This document shows, in pieces, positions 11,601 through 25,995 of a DNA stretch of 64,000 bases. The stretch is from the human T2T-CHM13v2.0 reference genome, Homo sapiens, in NCBI RefSeq assembly GCF_009914755.1, contig NC_060930.1; one strand, given 5' to 3'. The position numbers were made by a program, and so were the translations under genes. Below the pieces are notes generated by a model. The model saw nothing but the letters and a program-made list of their open reading frames with translations, was not told the DNA's origin and ran no database searches. Numbering within the stretch: position 1 is the stretch's first letter; every line of letters begins with the position of its first letter.

Positions 11601-14600
11601 CCACAGTAGAAAAGGAAATAACTTCACCTAAAACCTAGACAGAAGCAATCTCAGAAACTACTTTGTGATGTGTACATTCAACTCACAGAGTGGAACTTTC
11701 CTCTTTATAGAGCAGTGTTGAAACACTCTTTTTGTAGAAACTGCAAGTGGATATTTGGACCTCTTTGAGGCCTTTGTTGGAAACGGGATTTCTTCCTATA
11801 ACCCTAGACAGAAGAATTTTCAGAAACCTCATTGTGATGTGTGCGTTCATCTCACAGAGTGGAGTCTTCCGTTTGATAGAGAAGTTTTGAAACCCTGTTC
11901 TTGTAGGATTTCCAAGTGGATATTTAGACCACTTTGAAGCCTATGATAGAAAAGGAAACATCTTCATGGAAAACATAGATAGAATCATCCTCAGAAACAA
12001 CTTTGTGATGTGTGCGTTGAACTCACCGTCTTTAACCTTTCTTTTGGTAGAGAAGTTTTGAAACACTCTCTTTGTAAAGTCTACAAGTGGATATTTTGAG
12101 CCCTTGGAGGCATTCTTTGGAAAAGGGAATGTCTTCACATAAAAGGCAGACGGAAGTGTTCTCAGAAACTGCTTTGTGATGTCTGTGTTCAACTCACAGA
12201 GTTTAACATTTCCTTTGATAGAGCGGTTTAGTAACCCTCTCTTTGTAGAATTTGGAAGTGTATACTAAGAGCGCTTTGAGGCCTATGGTAGAAAAGGAAA
12301 TATCTTTCCATAAAAGCTAGACAGAAGCAATCTCAGAAACTCCTCTGTGATGTCTGCATTCAACTCACCGAGTGGAACATTCCTCTTGAGAGAGCAGTTT
12401 GGAAACACTCTTTCTGTAGAATCAGCTTGTTTGTATTTGGACCTCCTTGAGGCCTTCGTTGGAAACGGGTTTTCATCTTATAAACCCAGACAGAAGAATT
12501 CTCAGAGTCTTCTTTGTGATGTGTGCTTTCAACTCACCGAGATAAAGATTTCTCTTGATAGAGCAATTTGGAAACACTCTTTTTGTAGAATTTGCAAGGG
12601 TACATTGAGAGCGCTTTCAGGCCTATGGTAGAAAAGGGAATATCTTTCCATAAAAGGTAGACAGAAGCAATCTCAGAAACTACTTTGTGATGTGTGCATT
12701 CAACTCACCGAGTGCAACGTTCCTCTTGACCGAGCAGTTTGGAAACATTGTTTCTGTAGAATCTGCAAGTGGATATTTGGACCTCTTTGAGGCCTTCGTT
12801 GGAAACGGGATTTCTTCCTATAAACCCAGACAGAAGAATTCTCAGAGACTTCTTTGTGATGTGTGAATTCAACTCACAGTGTGGATCCTTCCTTTTGATA
12901 GAGCAGTTTTGAAACCCTGTTTTTGTAGTATTTCCAAGCGGATATTTGGAACGCCTTGAAGCGTATGGTAGAAAAGGAAATATCTTCCCATAAAACCTAG
13001 ACAGAACCAATCTCAGAAACGACTTTGTGATGTCTGCATTCAAGTCACAGAGTTGAACATTTCTCTTGATAGAGCAGTTTTGAAACCCTCTTTCTGAAGG
13101 ATCTGCAAGTGGATATTTGGAACTCCTTTGGGTCTTCGTTGGAAACGGGATTTCTTCGTATAAATCTAGACAGAAGAATTCTCCGAAACTTCTTTGGTTG
13201 TGTGCATTCAAGTCACAGAGTGGAACCTTCCTTTGGATAGAGCAGTTTGAAACGCCGTGGTTGTAGTATTTCCAAGCGGATATTAGAGCGCCTTGAGGCC
13301 TATGGTAGAAAAGGAAATATCTTCCCATAAAACCTAGACGGAAGCAATCTCAGAAACTACTGTGTGATGGCTGCATTCCACACACACGGTGGAACATTTC
13401 TCTTGATAGAGCAGTTTTGAAACACTCTTTCTGTAGAATCTGCAAGTGGATAATTGGACCGCCTTGAGGCCTTCGTTGGAAACGGGATTTCTTCATGTTA
13501 CTCTAGATAGAAGAATTCTCAAACACTGCTATGTGATGTTTGCATTCAAGTCACAGAGTGCAACATTCCTCTTGGTAGAGCAGTTGGGAAACACTCCTTT
13601 TGTAGAATCTGCAATGGGATATTTGGACTTCTTTGAGGCCTTCGTTGGAAACGGGATTTCTTCGTATGAATCTAGACAGAAGAATTCTCAGAAACTTCCT
13701 TGTGATGTGTGCATTCAACTCAGCGAGTGGCACCTTCCTTTGGATACAGCAGTTTTGAAACACTGTTTTTGTAGTATTTCCAAGCGGATATTTAGAGCGC
13801 CTTGAAGCCTATGCTAGAAATGGAAATATCTCCCCATAAAACCAAGACAGAAGCAATCTCAGAAACTAATGTGTGATGGCTGCATTCCACACACACGGTG
13901 GACCATTTCTCTTGATAGAGCAGTTTTGAAACACTCTTTCTGTAGAATCTGCAAGTGGATAATTGGACCTCCTAGAGGCCTTCGTTGGAAACGGGATTTC
14001 TTCATCTAAACCTACAGAGAAGAATTCTCAGTAACTTCTTCGGATGTGTGCATTCGACTCACAGAATGGAACATTCCCTTTGATAGAGCAGTTTTGAGAC
14101 ACCGTTTTTGTAGAATTCCCAAGTGGATATTTAGAGCACTTTGAAGTCTCTGCTAGAAAAGGAAACATCTTCATGTAAAAAGTAGATAGAATCGTTCTCA
14201 GAAAGTGCTTAGTGACGTGTGCGTTCAACTCACAGAGTTTAACGTTTCTTTTGATAGAGCGTTTCTGAAACACCCTTCTTGTAGTAGCTGCAAGTGGATA
14301 TTTGGACCTATTGGAGGCCTTCTTTGGAAATGGGATTTCTTCATGTAACTCTAGATTGAAGAGTTCTCAGAAACTCCTTTGTGATGTGTGCATTCAATTC
14401 AAAGAGTGAAACCTCCCTTTTCACAGAGCAGTTTTGAAACACTGTTTTTGTAGGATTTCCAAGGGGATATTTATAGCGCATTGAGCCTACGGCGGAAAAA
14501 GAAACATCTTCCTATAAAAACTAGACAGAATACTTCTCAGAATCTGCTTTGCGATGTGTGCGTTCAACTCACAGAGTAAAACTTTTCTTTTGATAGAGCA

Positions 14601-17600
14601 GTTTTGAAACACTCTTTTTGTAGTATTTGCATGTGTATATTTAGAGCGCATTGAAGCCCACAGTAGAAAAGGAAATAACTTCACCTAAAACCTAGACAGA
14701 AGCAATCTCAGAAACTACTTTGTGATGTGTACATTCAACTCACAGAGTGGAACTTTCCTCTTTATAGAGCAGTGTTGAAACACTCTTTTTGTAGAAACTG
14801 CAAGTGGATATTTGGACCTCTTTGAGGCCTTCGTTGGAAACGGGATTTCTTCCTATAACCCTAGACAGAAGAATTTTCAGAAACCTCATTGTGATGTGTG
14901 CGTTCATCTCACAGAGTGGAGTCTTCCGTTTGATAGAGAAGTTTTGAAACCCTGTTCTTGTAGGATTTCCAAGTGGATATTTAGACCACTTTGAAGCCTA
15001 TGATAGAAAAGGAAACATCTTCATGGAAAACATAGATAGAATCATCCTCAGAAACAACTTTGTGATGTGTGCGTTGAACTCACCGTCTTTAACCTTTCTT
15101 TTGGTAGAGAAGTTTTGAAACACTCTCTTTGTAAAGTCTACAAGTGGATATTTTGAGCCCTTGGAGGCATTCTTTGGAAAAGGGAATGTCTTCACATAAA
15201 AGGCAGACGGAAGTGTTCTCAGAAACTGCTTTGTGATGTCTGTGTTCAACTCACAGAGTTTAACATTTCCTTTGATAGAGCGGTTTAGTAACCCTCTCTT
15301 TGTAGAATTTGGAAGTGTATACTAAGAGCGCTTTGAGGCCTATGGTAGAAAAGGAAATATCTTTCCATAAAAGCTAGACAGAAGCAATCTCGGAAACTCC
15401 TTTGTGATGTCTGCATTCAACTCACCGAGTGGAACATTCCTCTTGATAGAGCAGTTTGGAAACACTCTTTCTGTAGAATCAGCTTGTTTGTATTTGGACC
15501 TCCTTGAGGCCTTCGTTGGAAACGGGTTTTCATCTTATAAACCCAGACAGAAGAATTCTCAGAGTCTTCTTTGTGATGTGTGCTTTCAACTCACCGAGAT
15601 AAAGATTTCTCTTGATAGAGCAATTTGGAAACACTCTTTTTGTAGAATTTGCAAGGGTACATTGAGAGCGCTTTCAGGCCTATGGTAGAAAAGGGAATAT
15701 CTTTCCATAAAAGGTAGACAGAAGCAATCTCAGAAACTACTTTGTGATGTGTGCATTCAACTCACCGAGTGCAACGTTCCTCTTGACCGAGCAGTTTGGA
15801 AACATTGTTTCTGTAGAATCTGCAAGTGGATATTTGGACCTCTTTGAGGCCTTCGTTGGAAACGGGATTTCTTCCTATAAACCCAGACAGAAGAATTCTC
15901 AGAGACTTCTTTGTGATGTGTGAATTCAACTCACAGTGTGGATCCTTCCTTTTGATAGAGCAGTTTTGAAACCCTGTTTTTGTAGTATTTCCAAGCGGAT
16001 ATTCGGAACGCCTTGAAGCGTATGGTAGAAAAGGAAATATCTTCCCATAAAACCTAGACAGAACCAATCTCAGAAACGACTTTGTGATGTCTGCATTCAA
16101 GTCACAGAGTTGAACATTTCTCTTGATAGAGCAGTTTTGAAACCCTCTTTCTGAAGGATCTGCAAGTGGATATTTGGAACTCCTTTGGGTCTTCGTTGGA
16201 AACGGGATTTCTTCGTATAAATCTAGACAGAAGAATTCTCCGAAACTTCTTTGGTTGTGTGCATTCAAGTCACAGAGTGGAACCTTCCTTTGGATAGAGC
16301 AGTTTGAAACGCCGTGGTTGTAGTATTTCCAAGCGGATATTAGAGCGCCTTGAGGCCTATGGTAGAAAAGGAAATATCTTCCCATAAAACCTAGACGGAA
16401 GCAATCTCAGAAACTACTGTGTGATGGCTGCATTCCACACACACGGTGGAACATTTCTCTTGATAGAGCAGTTTTGAAACACTCTTTCTGTAGAATCTGC
16501 AAGTGGATAATTGGACCGCCTTGAGGCCTTCGTTGGAAACGGGATTTCTTCATGTTACTCTAGATAGAAGAATTCTCAAACACTGCTATGTGATGTTTGC
16601 ATTCAAGTCACAGAGTGCAACATTCCTCTTGGTAGAGCAGTTGGGAAACACTCCTTTTGTAGAATCTGCAATGGGATATTTGGACTTCTTTGAGGCCTTC
16701 GTTGGAAACGGGATTTCTTCGTATGAATCTAGACAGAAGAATTCTCAGAAACTTCCTTGTGATGTGTGCATTCAACTCAGCGAGTGGCACCTTCCTTTGG
16801 ATACAGCAGTTTTGAAACACTGTTTTTGTAGTATTTCCAAGCGGATATTTAGAGCGCCTTGAAGCCTATGCTAGAAATGGAAATATCTCCCCATAAAACC
16901 AAGACAGAAGCAATCTCAGAAACTAATGTGTGATGGCTGCATTCCACACACACGGTGGACCATTTCTCTTGATAGAGCAGTTTTGAAACACTCTTTCTGT
17001 AGAATCTGCAAGTGGATAATTGGACCTCCTAGAGGCCTTCGTTGGAAACGGGATTTCTTCATCTAAACCTACAGAGAAGAATTCTCAGTAACTTCTTCGG
17101 ATGTGTGCATTCGACGCACAGAATGGAACATTCCCTTTGATAGAGCAGTTTTGAGACACCGTTTTTGTAGAATTCCCAAGTGGATATTTAGAGCACTTTG
17201 AAGTCTCTGCTAGAAAAGGAAACATCTTCATGTAAAAAGTAGATAGAATCGTTCTCAGAAAGTGCTTAGTGACGTGTGCGTTCAACTCACAGAGTTTAAC
17301 GTTTCTTTTGATAGAGCGTTTCTGAAACACCCTTCTTGTAGTAGCTGCAAGTGGATATTTGGACCTATTGGAGGCCTTCTTTGGAAACGGGATTTCTTCA
17401 TGTAACTCTAGATTGAAGAGTTCTCAGAAACTCCTTTGTGATGTGTGCATTCAATTCAAAGAGTGAAACCTCCCTTTTCACAGAGCAGTTTTGAAACACT
17501 GTTTTTGTAGGATTTCCAAGGGGATATTTATAGCGCATTGAGCCTACGGCGGAAAAAGAAATATCTTCCTATAAAAACTAGAGAGAATACTTCTCAGAAT

Positions 17601-17836
17601 CTGCTTTGCGATGTGTGCGTTCAACTCACAGAGTAAAACTTTTCTTTTGATAGAGCAGTTTTGAAACACTCTTTTTGTAGTATTTGCATGTGTATATTTA
17701 GAGCGCATTGAAGCCCACAGTAGAAAAGGAAATAACTTCACCTAAAACCTAGACAGAAGCAATCTCAGAAACTACTTTGTGATGTGTACATTCAACTCAC
17801 AGAGTGGAACTTTCGTCTTTATAGAGCAGTGTTGAA
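8666..17836 (+). repeat. Three canonical-length 18-mer units U4-U6
   Basis: Marker ORF at 8698, 11755, 14812 and 17869 (3057-bp spacing). Confidence 0.95.
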
Positions 17837-20387
17837 ACACTCTTTTTGTAGAAACTGCAAGTGGATATTTGGACCTCTTTGAGGCCTTCGTTGGAAACGG
17901 GATTTCTTCCTATAACCCTAGACAGAAGAATTTTCAGAAACCTCATTGTGATGTGTGCGTTCATCTCACAGAGTGGAGTCTTCCGTTTGATAGAGAAGTT
18001 TTGAAACCCTGTTCTTGTAGGATTTCCAAGTGGATATTTAGACCACTTTGAAGCCTATGATAGAAAAGGAAACATCTTCATGGAAAACATAGATAGAATC
18101 ATTCTCAGAAACAACTTTGTGATGTGTGCGTTGAACTCACCGTCTTTAACCTTTCTTTTGGTAGAGAAGTTTTGAAACACTCTCTTTGTAAAGTCTACAA
18201 GTGGATATTTTGAGCCCTTGGAGGCATTCTTTGGAAAAGGGAATGTCTTCACATAAAAGGCAGACGGAAGTGTTCTCAGAAACTGCTTTGTGATGTCTGT
18301 GTTCAACTCACAGAGTTTAACATTTCCTTTGATAGAGCGGTTTAGTAACCCTCTCTTTGTAGAATTTGGAAGTGTATACTAAGAGCGCTTTGAGGCCTAT
18401 GGTAGAAAAGGAAATATCTTTCCATAAAAGCTAGACAGAAGCAATCTCGGAAACTCCTTTGTGATGTCTGCATTCAACTCACCGAGTGGAACATTCCTCT
18501 TGAGAGAGCAGTTTGGAAACACTCTTTCTGTAGAATCAGCTTGTTTGTATTTGGACCTCCTTGAGGCCTTCGTTGGAAACGGGTTTTCATCTTATAAACC
18601 CAGACAGAAGAATTCTCAGAGTCTTCTTTGTGATGTGTGCTTTCAACTCACCGAGATAAAGATTTCTCTTGATAGAGCAATTTGGAAACACTCTTTTTGT
18701 AGAATTTGCAAGGGTACATTGAGAGCGCTTTCAGGCCTATGGTAGAAAAGGGAATATCTTTCCATAAAAGGTAGACAGAAGCAATCTCAGAAACTACTTT
18801 GTGATGTGTGCATTCAACTCACCGAGTGCAACGTTTCTCTTGACCGAGCAGTTTGGAAACATTGTTTCTGTAGAATCTGCAAGTGGATATTTGGACCTCT
18901 TTGAGGCCTTCGTTGGAAACGGGATTTCTTCCTATAAACCCAGACAGAAGAATTCTCAGAGACTTCTTTGTGATGTGTGAATTCAACTCACAGTGTGGAT
19001 CCTTCCTTTTGATAGAGCAGTTTTGAAACCCTGTTTTTGTAGTATTTCCAAGCGGATATTTGGAACGCCTTGAAGCGTATGGTAGAAAAGGAAATATCTT
19101 CCCATAAAACCTAGACAGAACCAATCTCAGAAACGACTTTGTGATGTCTGCATTCAAGTCACAGAGTTGAACATTTCTCTTGATAGAGCAGTTTTGAAAC
19201 CCTCTTTCTGAAGGATCTGCAAGTGGATATTTGGAACTCCTTTGGGTCTTCGTTGGAAACGGGATTTCTTCGTATAAATCTAGACAGAAGAATTCTCAGA
19301 AACTTCCTTGTGATGTGTGCATTCAACTCAGCGAGTGGCACCTTCCTTTGGATACAGCAGTTTTGAAACACTGTTTTTGTAGTATTTCCAAGCGGATATT
19401 TAGAGCGCCTTGAAGCCTATGCTAGAAATGGAAATATCTCCCCATAAAACCAAGACAGAAGCAATCTCAGAAACTAATGTGTGATGGCTGCATTCCACAC
19501 ACACGGTGGACCATTTCTCTTGATAGAGCAGTTTTGAAACACTCTTTCTGTAGAATCTGCAAGTGGATAATTGGACCTCCTAGAGGCCTTCGTTGGAAAC
19601 GGGATTTCTTCATCTAAACCTACAGAGAAGTATTCTCAGTAACTTCTTCGGATGTGTGCATTCGACGCACAGAATGGAACATTCCCTTTGATAGAGCAGT
19701 TTTGAGACACCGTTTTTGTAGAATTCCCAAGTGGATATTTAGAGCACTTTGAAGTCTCTGCTAGAAAAGGAAACATCTTCATGTAAAAAGTAGATAGAAT
19801 CGTTCTCAGAAAGTGCTTAGTGTCGTGTGCGTTCAACTCACAGAGTTTAACGTTTCTTTTGATAGAGCGTTTCTGAAACACCCTTCTTGTAGTAGCTGCA
19901 AGTGGATATTTGGACCTATTGGAGGCCTTCTTTGGAAATGGGATTTCTTCATGTAACTCTAGAGTGAAGAATTCTCAGAAACTCCTTTGTGATGTGTGCA
20001 TTCAATTCAAAGAGTGAAACCTCTCTTTTCACAGAGCAGTTTTGAAACACTGTTTTTGTAGGATTTCCAAGGGGATATTTATAGCGCATTGAGCCTACGG
20101 CGGAAAAAGAAACATCTTCCTATAAAAACTAGACAGAATACTTCTCAGAATCTGCTTTGCGATGTGTGCGTTCAACTCACAGAGTAAAACTTTTCTTTTG
20201 ATAGAGCAGTTTTGAAACACTCTTTTTGTAGTATTTGCATGTGTATATTTAGAGCGCATTGAAGCCCACAGTAGAAAAGGAAATAACTTCACCTAAAACC
20301 TAGACAGAAGCAATCTCAGAAACTACTTTGTGATGTGTACATTCAACTCACAGAGTGGAACTTTCCTCTTTATAGAGCAGTGTTGAA
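17837..20387 (+). repeat. 15-mer HOR variant U7 (junction within 19277-19297)
   Basis: Spacing 17869->20420 = 2551. The junction reads CGTATAAATC...ATTCTCAGAAACTTCCTTG. Confidence 0.95.
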
Positions 20388-23300
20388 ACACTCTTTTTGT
20401 AGAAACTGCAAGTGGATATTTGGACCTCTTTGAGGCCTTCGTTGGAAACGGGATTTCTTCCTATAACCCTAGACAGAAGAATTTTCAGAAACCTCATTGT
20501 GATGTGTGCGTTCATCTCACAGAGTGGAGTCTTCCGTTTGATAGAGAAGTTTTGAAACCCTGTTCTTGTAGGATTTCCAAGTGGATATTTAGACCACTTT
20601 GAAGCCTATGATAGAAAAGGAAACATCTTCATGGAAAACATAGATAGAATCATCCTCAGAAACAACTTTGTGATGTGTGCGTTGAACTCACCGTCTTTAA
20701 CCTTTCTTTTGGTAGAGAAGTTTTGAAACACTCTCTTTGTAAAGTCTACAAGTGGATATTTTGAGCCCTTGGAGGCATTCTTTGGAAAAGGGAATGTCTT
20801 CACATAAAAGGCAGACGGAAGTGTTCTCAGAAACTGCTTTGTGATGTCTGTGTTCAACTCACAGAGTTTAACATTTCCTTTGATAGAGCGGTTTAGTAAC
20901 CCTCTCTTTGTAGAATTTGGAAGTGTATACTAAGAGCGCTTTGAGGCCTATGGTAGAAAAGGAAATATCTTTCCATAAAAGCTAGACAGAAGCAATCTCA
21001 GAAACTCCTTTGTGATGTCTGCATTCAACTCACCGAGTGGAACATTCCTCTTGAGAGAGCAGTTTGGAAACACTCTTTCTGTAGAATCAGCTTGTTTGTA
21101 TTTGGACCTCCTTGAGGCCTTCGTTGGAAACGGGTTTTCATCTTATAAACCCAGACAGAAGAATTCTCAGAGTCTTCTTTGTGATGTGTGCTTTCAACTC
21201 ACCGAGATAAAGATTTCTCTTGATAGAGCAATTTGGAAACACTCTTTTTGTAGAATTTGCAAGGGTACATTGAGAGCGCTTTCAGGCCTATGGTAGAAAA
21301 GGGAATATCTTTCCATAAAAGGTAGACAGAAGCAATCTCAGAAACTACTTTGTGATGTGTGCATTCAACTCACCGAGTGCAACGTTCCTCTTGACCGAGC
21401 AGTTTGGAAACATTGTTTCTGTAGAATCTGCAAGTGGATATTTGGACCTCTTTGAGGCCTTCGTTGGAAACGGGATTTCTTCCTATAAACCCAGACAGAA
21501 GAATTCTCAGAGACTTCTTTGTGATGTGTGAATTCAACTCACAGTGTGGATCCTTCCTTTTGATAGAGCAGTTTTGAAACCCTGTTTTTGTAGTATTTCC
21601 AAGCGGATATTTGGAACGCCTTGAAGCGTATGGTAGAAAAGGAAATATCTTCCCATAAAACCTAGACAGAACCAATCTCAGAAACGACTTTGTGATGTCT
21701 GCATTCAAGTCACAGAGTTGAACATTTCTCTTGATAGAGCAGTTTTGAAACCCTCTTTCTGAAGGATCTGCAAGTGGATATTTGGAGCTCCTTTGGGTCT
21801 TCGTTGGAAACGGGATTTCTTCGTATAAATCTAGACAGAAGAATTCTCCGAAACTTCTTTGGTTGTGTGCATTCAAGTCACAGAGTGGAACCTTCCTTTG
21901 GATAGAGCAGTTTGAAACGCCGTGGTTGTAGTATTTCCAAGCGGATATTAGAGCGCCTTGAGGCCTATGGTAGAAAAGGAAATATCTTCCCATAAAACCT
22001 AGACGGAAGCAATCTCAGAAACTACTGTGTGATGGCTGCATTCCACACACACGGTGGAACATTTCTCTTGATAGAGCAGTTTTGAAACACTCTTTCTGTA
22101 GAATCTGCAAGTGGATAATTGGACCGCCTTGAGGCCTTCGTTGGAAACGGGATTTCTTCATGTTACTCTAGATAGAAGAATTCTCAAACACTGCTATGTG
22201 ATGTTTGCATTCAAGTCACAGAGTGCAACATTCCTCTTGGTAGAGCAGTTGGGAAACACTCCTTTTGTAGAATCTGCAATGGGATATTTGGACTTCTTTG
22301 AGGCCTTCGTTGGAAACGGGATTTCTTCGTATGAATCTAGACAGAAGAATTCTCAGAAACTTCCTTGTGATGTGTGCATTCAACTCAGCGAGTGGCACCT
22401 TCCTTTGGATACAGCAGTTTTGAAACACTGTTTTTGTAGTATTTCCAAGCGGATATTTAGAGCGCCTTGAAGCCTATGCTAGAAATGGAAATATCTCCCC
22501 ATAAAACCAAGACGGAAGCAATCTCAGAAACTAATGTGTGATGGCTGCATTCCACACACACGGTGGACCATTTCTCTTGATAGAGCAGTTTTGAAACACT
22601 CTTTCTGTAGAATCTGCAAGTGGATAATTGGACCTCCTAGAGGCCTTCGTTGGAAACGGGATTTCTTCATCTAAACCTACAGAGAAGAATTCTCAGTAAC
22701 TTCTTCGGATGTGTGCATTCGACTCACAGAATGGAACATTCCCTTTGATAGAGCAGTTTTGAGACACCGTTTTTGTAGAATTCCCAAGTGGATATTTAGA
22801 GCACTTTGAAGTCTCTGCTAGAAAAGGAAACATCTTCATGTAAAAAGTAGATAGAATCGTTCTCAGAAAGTGCTTAGTGACGTGTGCGTTCAACTCACAG
22901 AGTTTAACGTTTCTTTTGATAGAGCGTTTCTGAAACACCCTTCTTGTAGTAGCTGCAAGTGGATATTTGGACCTATTGGAGGCCTTCTTTGGAAATGGGA
23001 TTTCTTCATGTAACTCTAGATTGAAGAGTTCTCAGAAACTCCTTTGTGATGTGTGCATTCAATTCAAAGAGTGAAACCTCCCTTTTCACAGAGCAGTTTT
23101 GAAACACTGTTTTTGTAGGATTTCCAAGGGGATATTTATAGCGCATTGAGCCTACGGCGGAAAAAGAAACATCTTCCTATAAAAACTAGACAGAATACTT
23201 CTCAGAATCTGCTTTGCGATGTGTGCGTTCAACTCACAGAGTAAAACTTTTCTTTTGATAGAGCAGTTTTGAAACACTCTTTTTGTAGTATTTGCATGTG

Positions 23301-23444
23301 TATATTTAGAGCGCATTGAAGCCCACAGTAGAAAAGGAAATAACTTCACCTAAAACCTAGACAGAAGCAATCTCAGAAACTACTTTGTGATGTGTACATT
23401 CAACTCACAGAGTGGAACTTTCCTCTTTATAGAGCAGTGTTGAA
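20388..23444 (+). repeat. Canonical 18-mer unit U8
   Basis: 3057-bp spacing (20420->23477). Confidence 0.95.
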
Positions 23445-25995
23445 ACACTCTTTTTGTAGAAACTGCAAGTGGATATTTGGACCTCTTTGAGGCCTTCGTT
23501 GGAAACGGGATTTCTTCCTATAACCCTAGACAGAAGAATTTTCAGAAACCTCATTGTGATGTGTGCGTTCATCTCACAGAGTGGAGTCTTCCGTTTGATA
23601 GAGAAGTTTTGAAACCCTGTTCTTGTAGGATTTCCAAGTGGATATTTAGACCACTTTGAAGCCTATGATAGAAAAGGAAACATCTTCATGGAAAACATAG
23701 ATAGAATCATCCTCAGAAACAACTTTGTGATGTGTGCGTTGAACTCACCGTCTTTAACCTTTCTTTTGGTAGAGAAGTTTTGAAACACTCTCTTTGTAAA
23801 GTCTACAAGTGGATATTTTGAGCCCTTGGAGGCATTCTTTGGAAAAGGGAATGTCTTCACATAAAAGGCAGACGGAAGTGTTCTCAGAAACTGCTTTGTG
23901 ATGTCTGTGTTCAACTCACAGAGTTTAACATTTCCTTTGATAGAGCGGTTTAGTAACCCTCTCTTTGTAGAATTTGGAAGTGTATACTAAGAGCGCTTTG
24001 AGGCCTATGGTAGAAAAGGAAATATCTTTCCATAAAAGCTAGACAGAAGCAATCTCAGAAACTCCTTTGCGATGTCTGCATTCAACTCACCGAGTGGAAC
24101 ATTCCTCTTGATAGAGCAGTTTGGAAACACTCTTTCTGTAGAATCAGCTTGTTTGTATTTGGACCTCCTTGAGGCCTTCGTTGGAAACGGGTTTTCATCT
24201 TATAAACCCAGACAGAAGAATTCTCAGAGTCTTCTTTGTGATGTGTGCTTTCAACTCACCGAGATAAAGATTTCTCTTGATAGAGCAATTTGGAAACACT
24301 CTTTTTGTAGAATTTGCAAGGGTACATTGAGAGCGCTTTCAGGCCTATGGTAGAAAAGGGAATATCTTTCCATAAAAGGTAGACAGAAGCAATCTCAGAA
24401 ACTACTTTGTGATGTGTGCATTCAACTCACCGAGTGCAACGTTCCTCTTGACCGAGCAGTTTGGAAACATTGTTTCTGTAGAATCTGCAAGTGGATATTT
24501 GGACCTCTTTGAGGCCTTCGTTGGAAACGGGATTTCTTCCTATAAACCCAGACAGAAGAATTCTCAGAGACTTCTTTGTGATGTGTGAATTCAACTCACA
24601 GTGTGGATCCTTCCTTTTGATAGAGCAGTTTTGAAACCCTGTTTTTGTAGTATTTCCAAGCGGATATTTGGAACGCCTTGAAGCGTATGGTAGAAAAGGA
24701 AATATCTTCCCATAAAACCTAGACAGAACCAATCTCAGAAACGACTTTGTGATGTCTGCATTCAAGTCACAGAGTTGAACATTTCTCTTGATAGAGCAGT
24801 TTTGAAACCCTCTTTCTGAAGGATCTGCAAGTGGATATTTGGAACTCCTTTGGGTCTTCGTTGGAAACGGGATTTCTTCGTATAAATCTAGACAGAAGAA
24901 TTCTCAGAAACTTCCTTGTGATGTGTGCATTCAACTCAGCGAGTGGCACCTTCCTTTGGATACAGCAGTTTTGAAACACTGTTTTTGTAGTATTTCCAAG
25001 CGGATATTTAGAGCGCCTTGAAGCCTATGCTAGAAATGGAAATATCTCCCCATAAAACCAAGACGGAAGCAATCTCAGAAACTAATGTGTGATGGCTGCA
25101 TTCCACACACACGGTGGACCATTTCTCTTGATAGAGCAGTTTTGAAACACTCTTTCTGTAGAATCTGCAAGTGGATAATTGGACCTCCGAGAGGCCTTCG
25201 TTGGAAACGGGATTTCTTCATCTAAACCTACAGAGAAGTATTCTCAGTAACTTCTTCGGATGTGTGCATTCGACGCACAGAATGGAACATTCCCTTTGAT
25301 AGAGCAGTTTTGAGACACCGTTTTTGTAGAATTCCCAAGTGGATATTTAGAGCACTTTGAAGTCTCTGCTAGAAAAGGAAACATCTTCATGTAAAAAGTA
25401 GATAGAATCGTTCTCAGAAAGTGCTTAGTGTCGTGTGCGTTCAACTCACAGAGTTTAACGTTTCTTTTGATAGAGCGTTTCTGAAACACCCTTCTTGTAG
25501 TAGCTGCAAGTGGATATTTGGACCTATTGGAGGCCTTCTTTGGAAATGGGATTTCTTCATGTAACTCTAGATTGAAGAATTCTCAGAAACTCCTTTGTGA
25601 TGTGTGCATTCAATTCAAAGAGTGAAACCTCTCTTTTCACAGAGCAGTTTTGAAACACTGTTTTTGTAGGATTTCCAAGGGGATATTTATAGCGCATTGA
25701 GCCTACGGCGGAAAAAGAAACATCTTCCTATAAAAACTAGACAGAATACTTCTCAGAATCTGCTTTGCGATGTGTGCGTTCAACTCACAGAGTAAAACTT
25801 TTCTTTTGATAGAGCAGTTTTGAAACACTCTTTTTGTAGTATTTGCATGTGTATATTTAGAGCGCATTGAAGCCCACAGTAGAAAAGGAAATAACTTCAC
25901 CTAAAACCTAGACAGAAGCAATCTCAGAAACTACTTTGTGATGTGTACATTCAACTCACAGAGTGGAACTTTCCTCTTTATAGAGCAGTGTTGAA
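23445..25995 (+). repeat. 15-mer HOR variant U9 (junction within 24885-24905)
   Basis: Spacing 23477->26028 = 2551, with the same junction sequence as U7. Confidence 0.95.
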
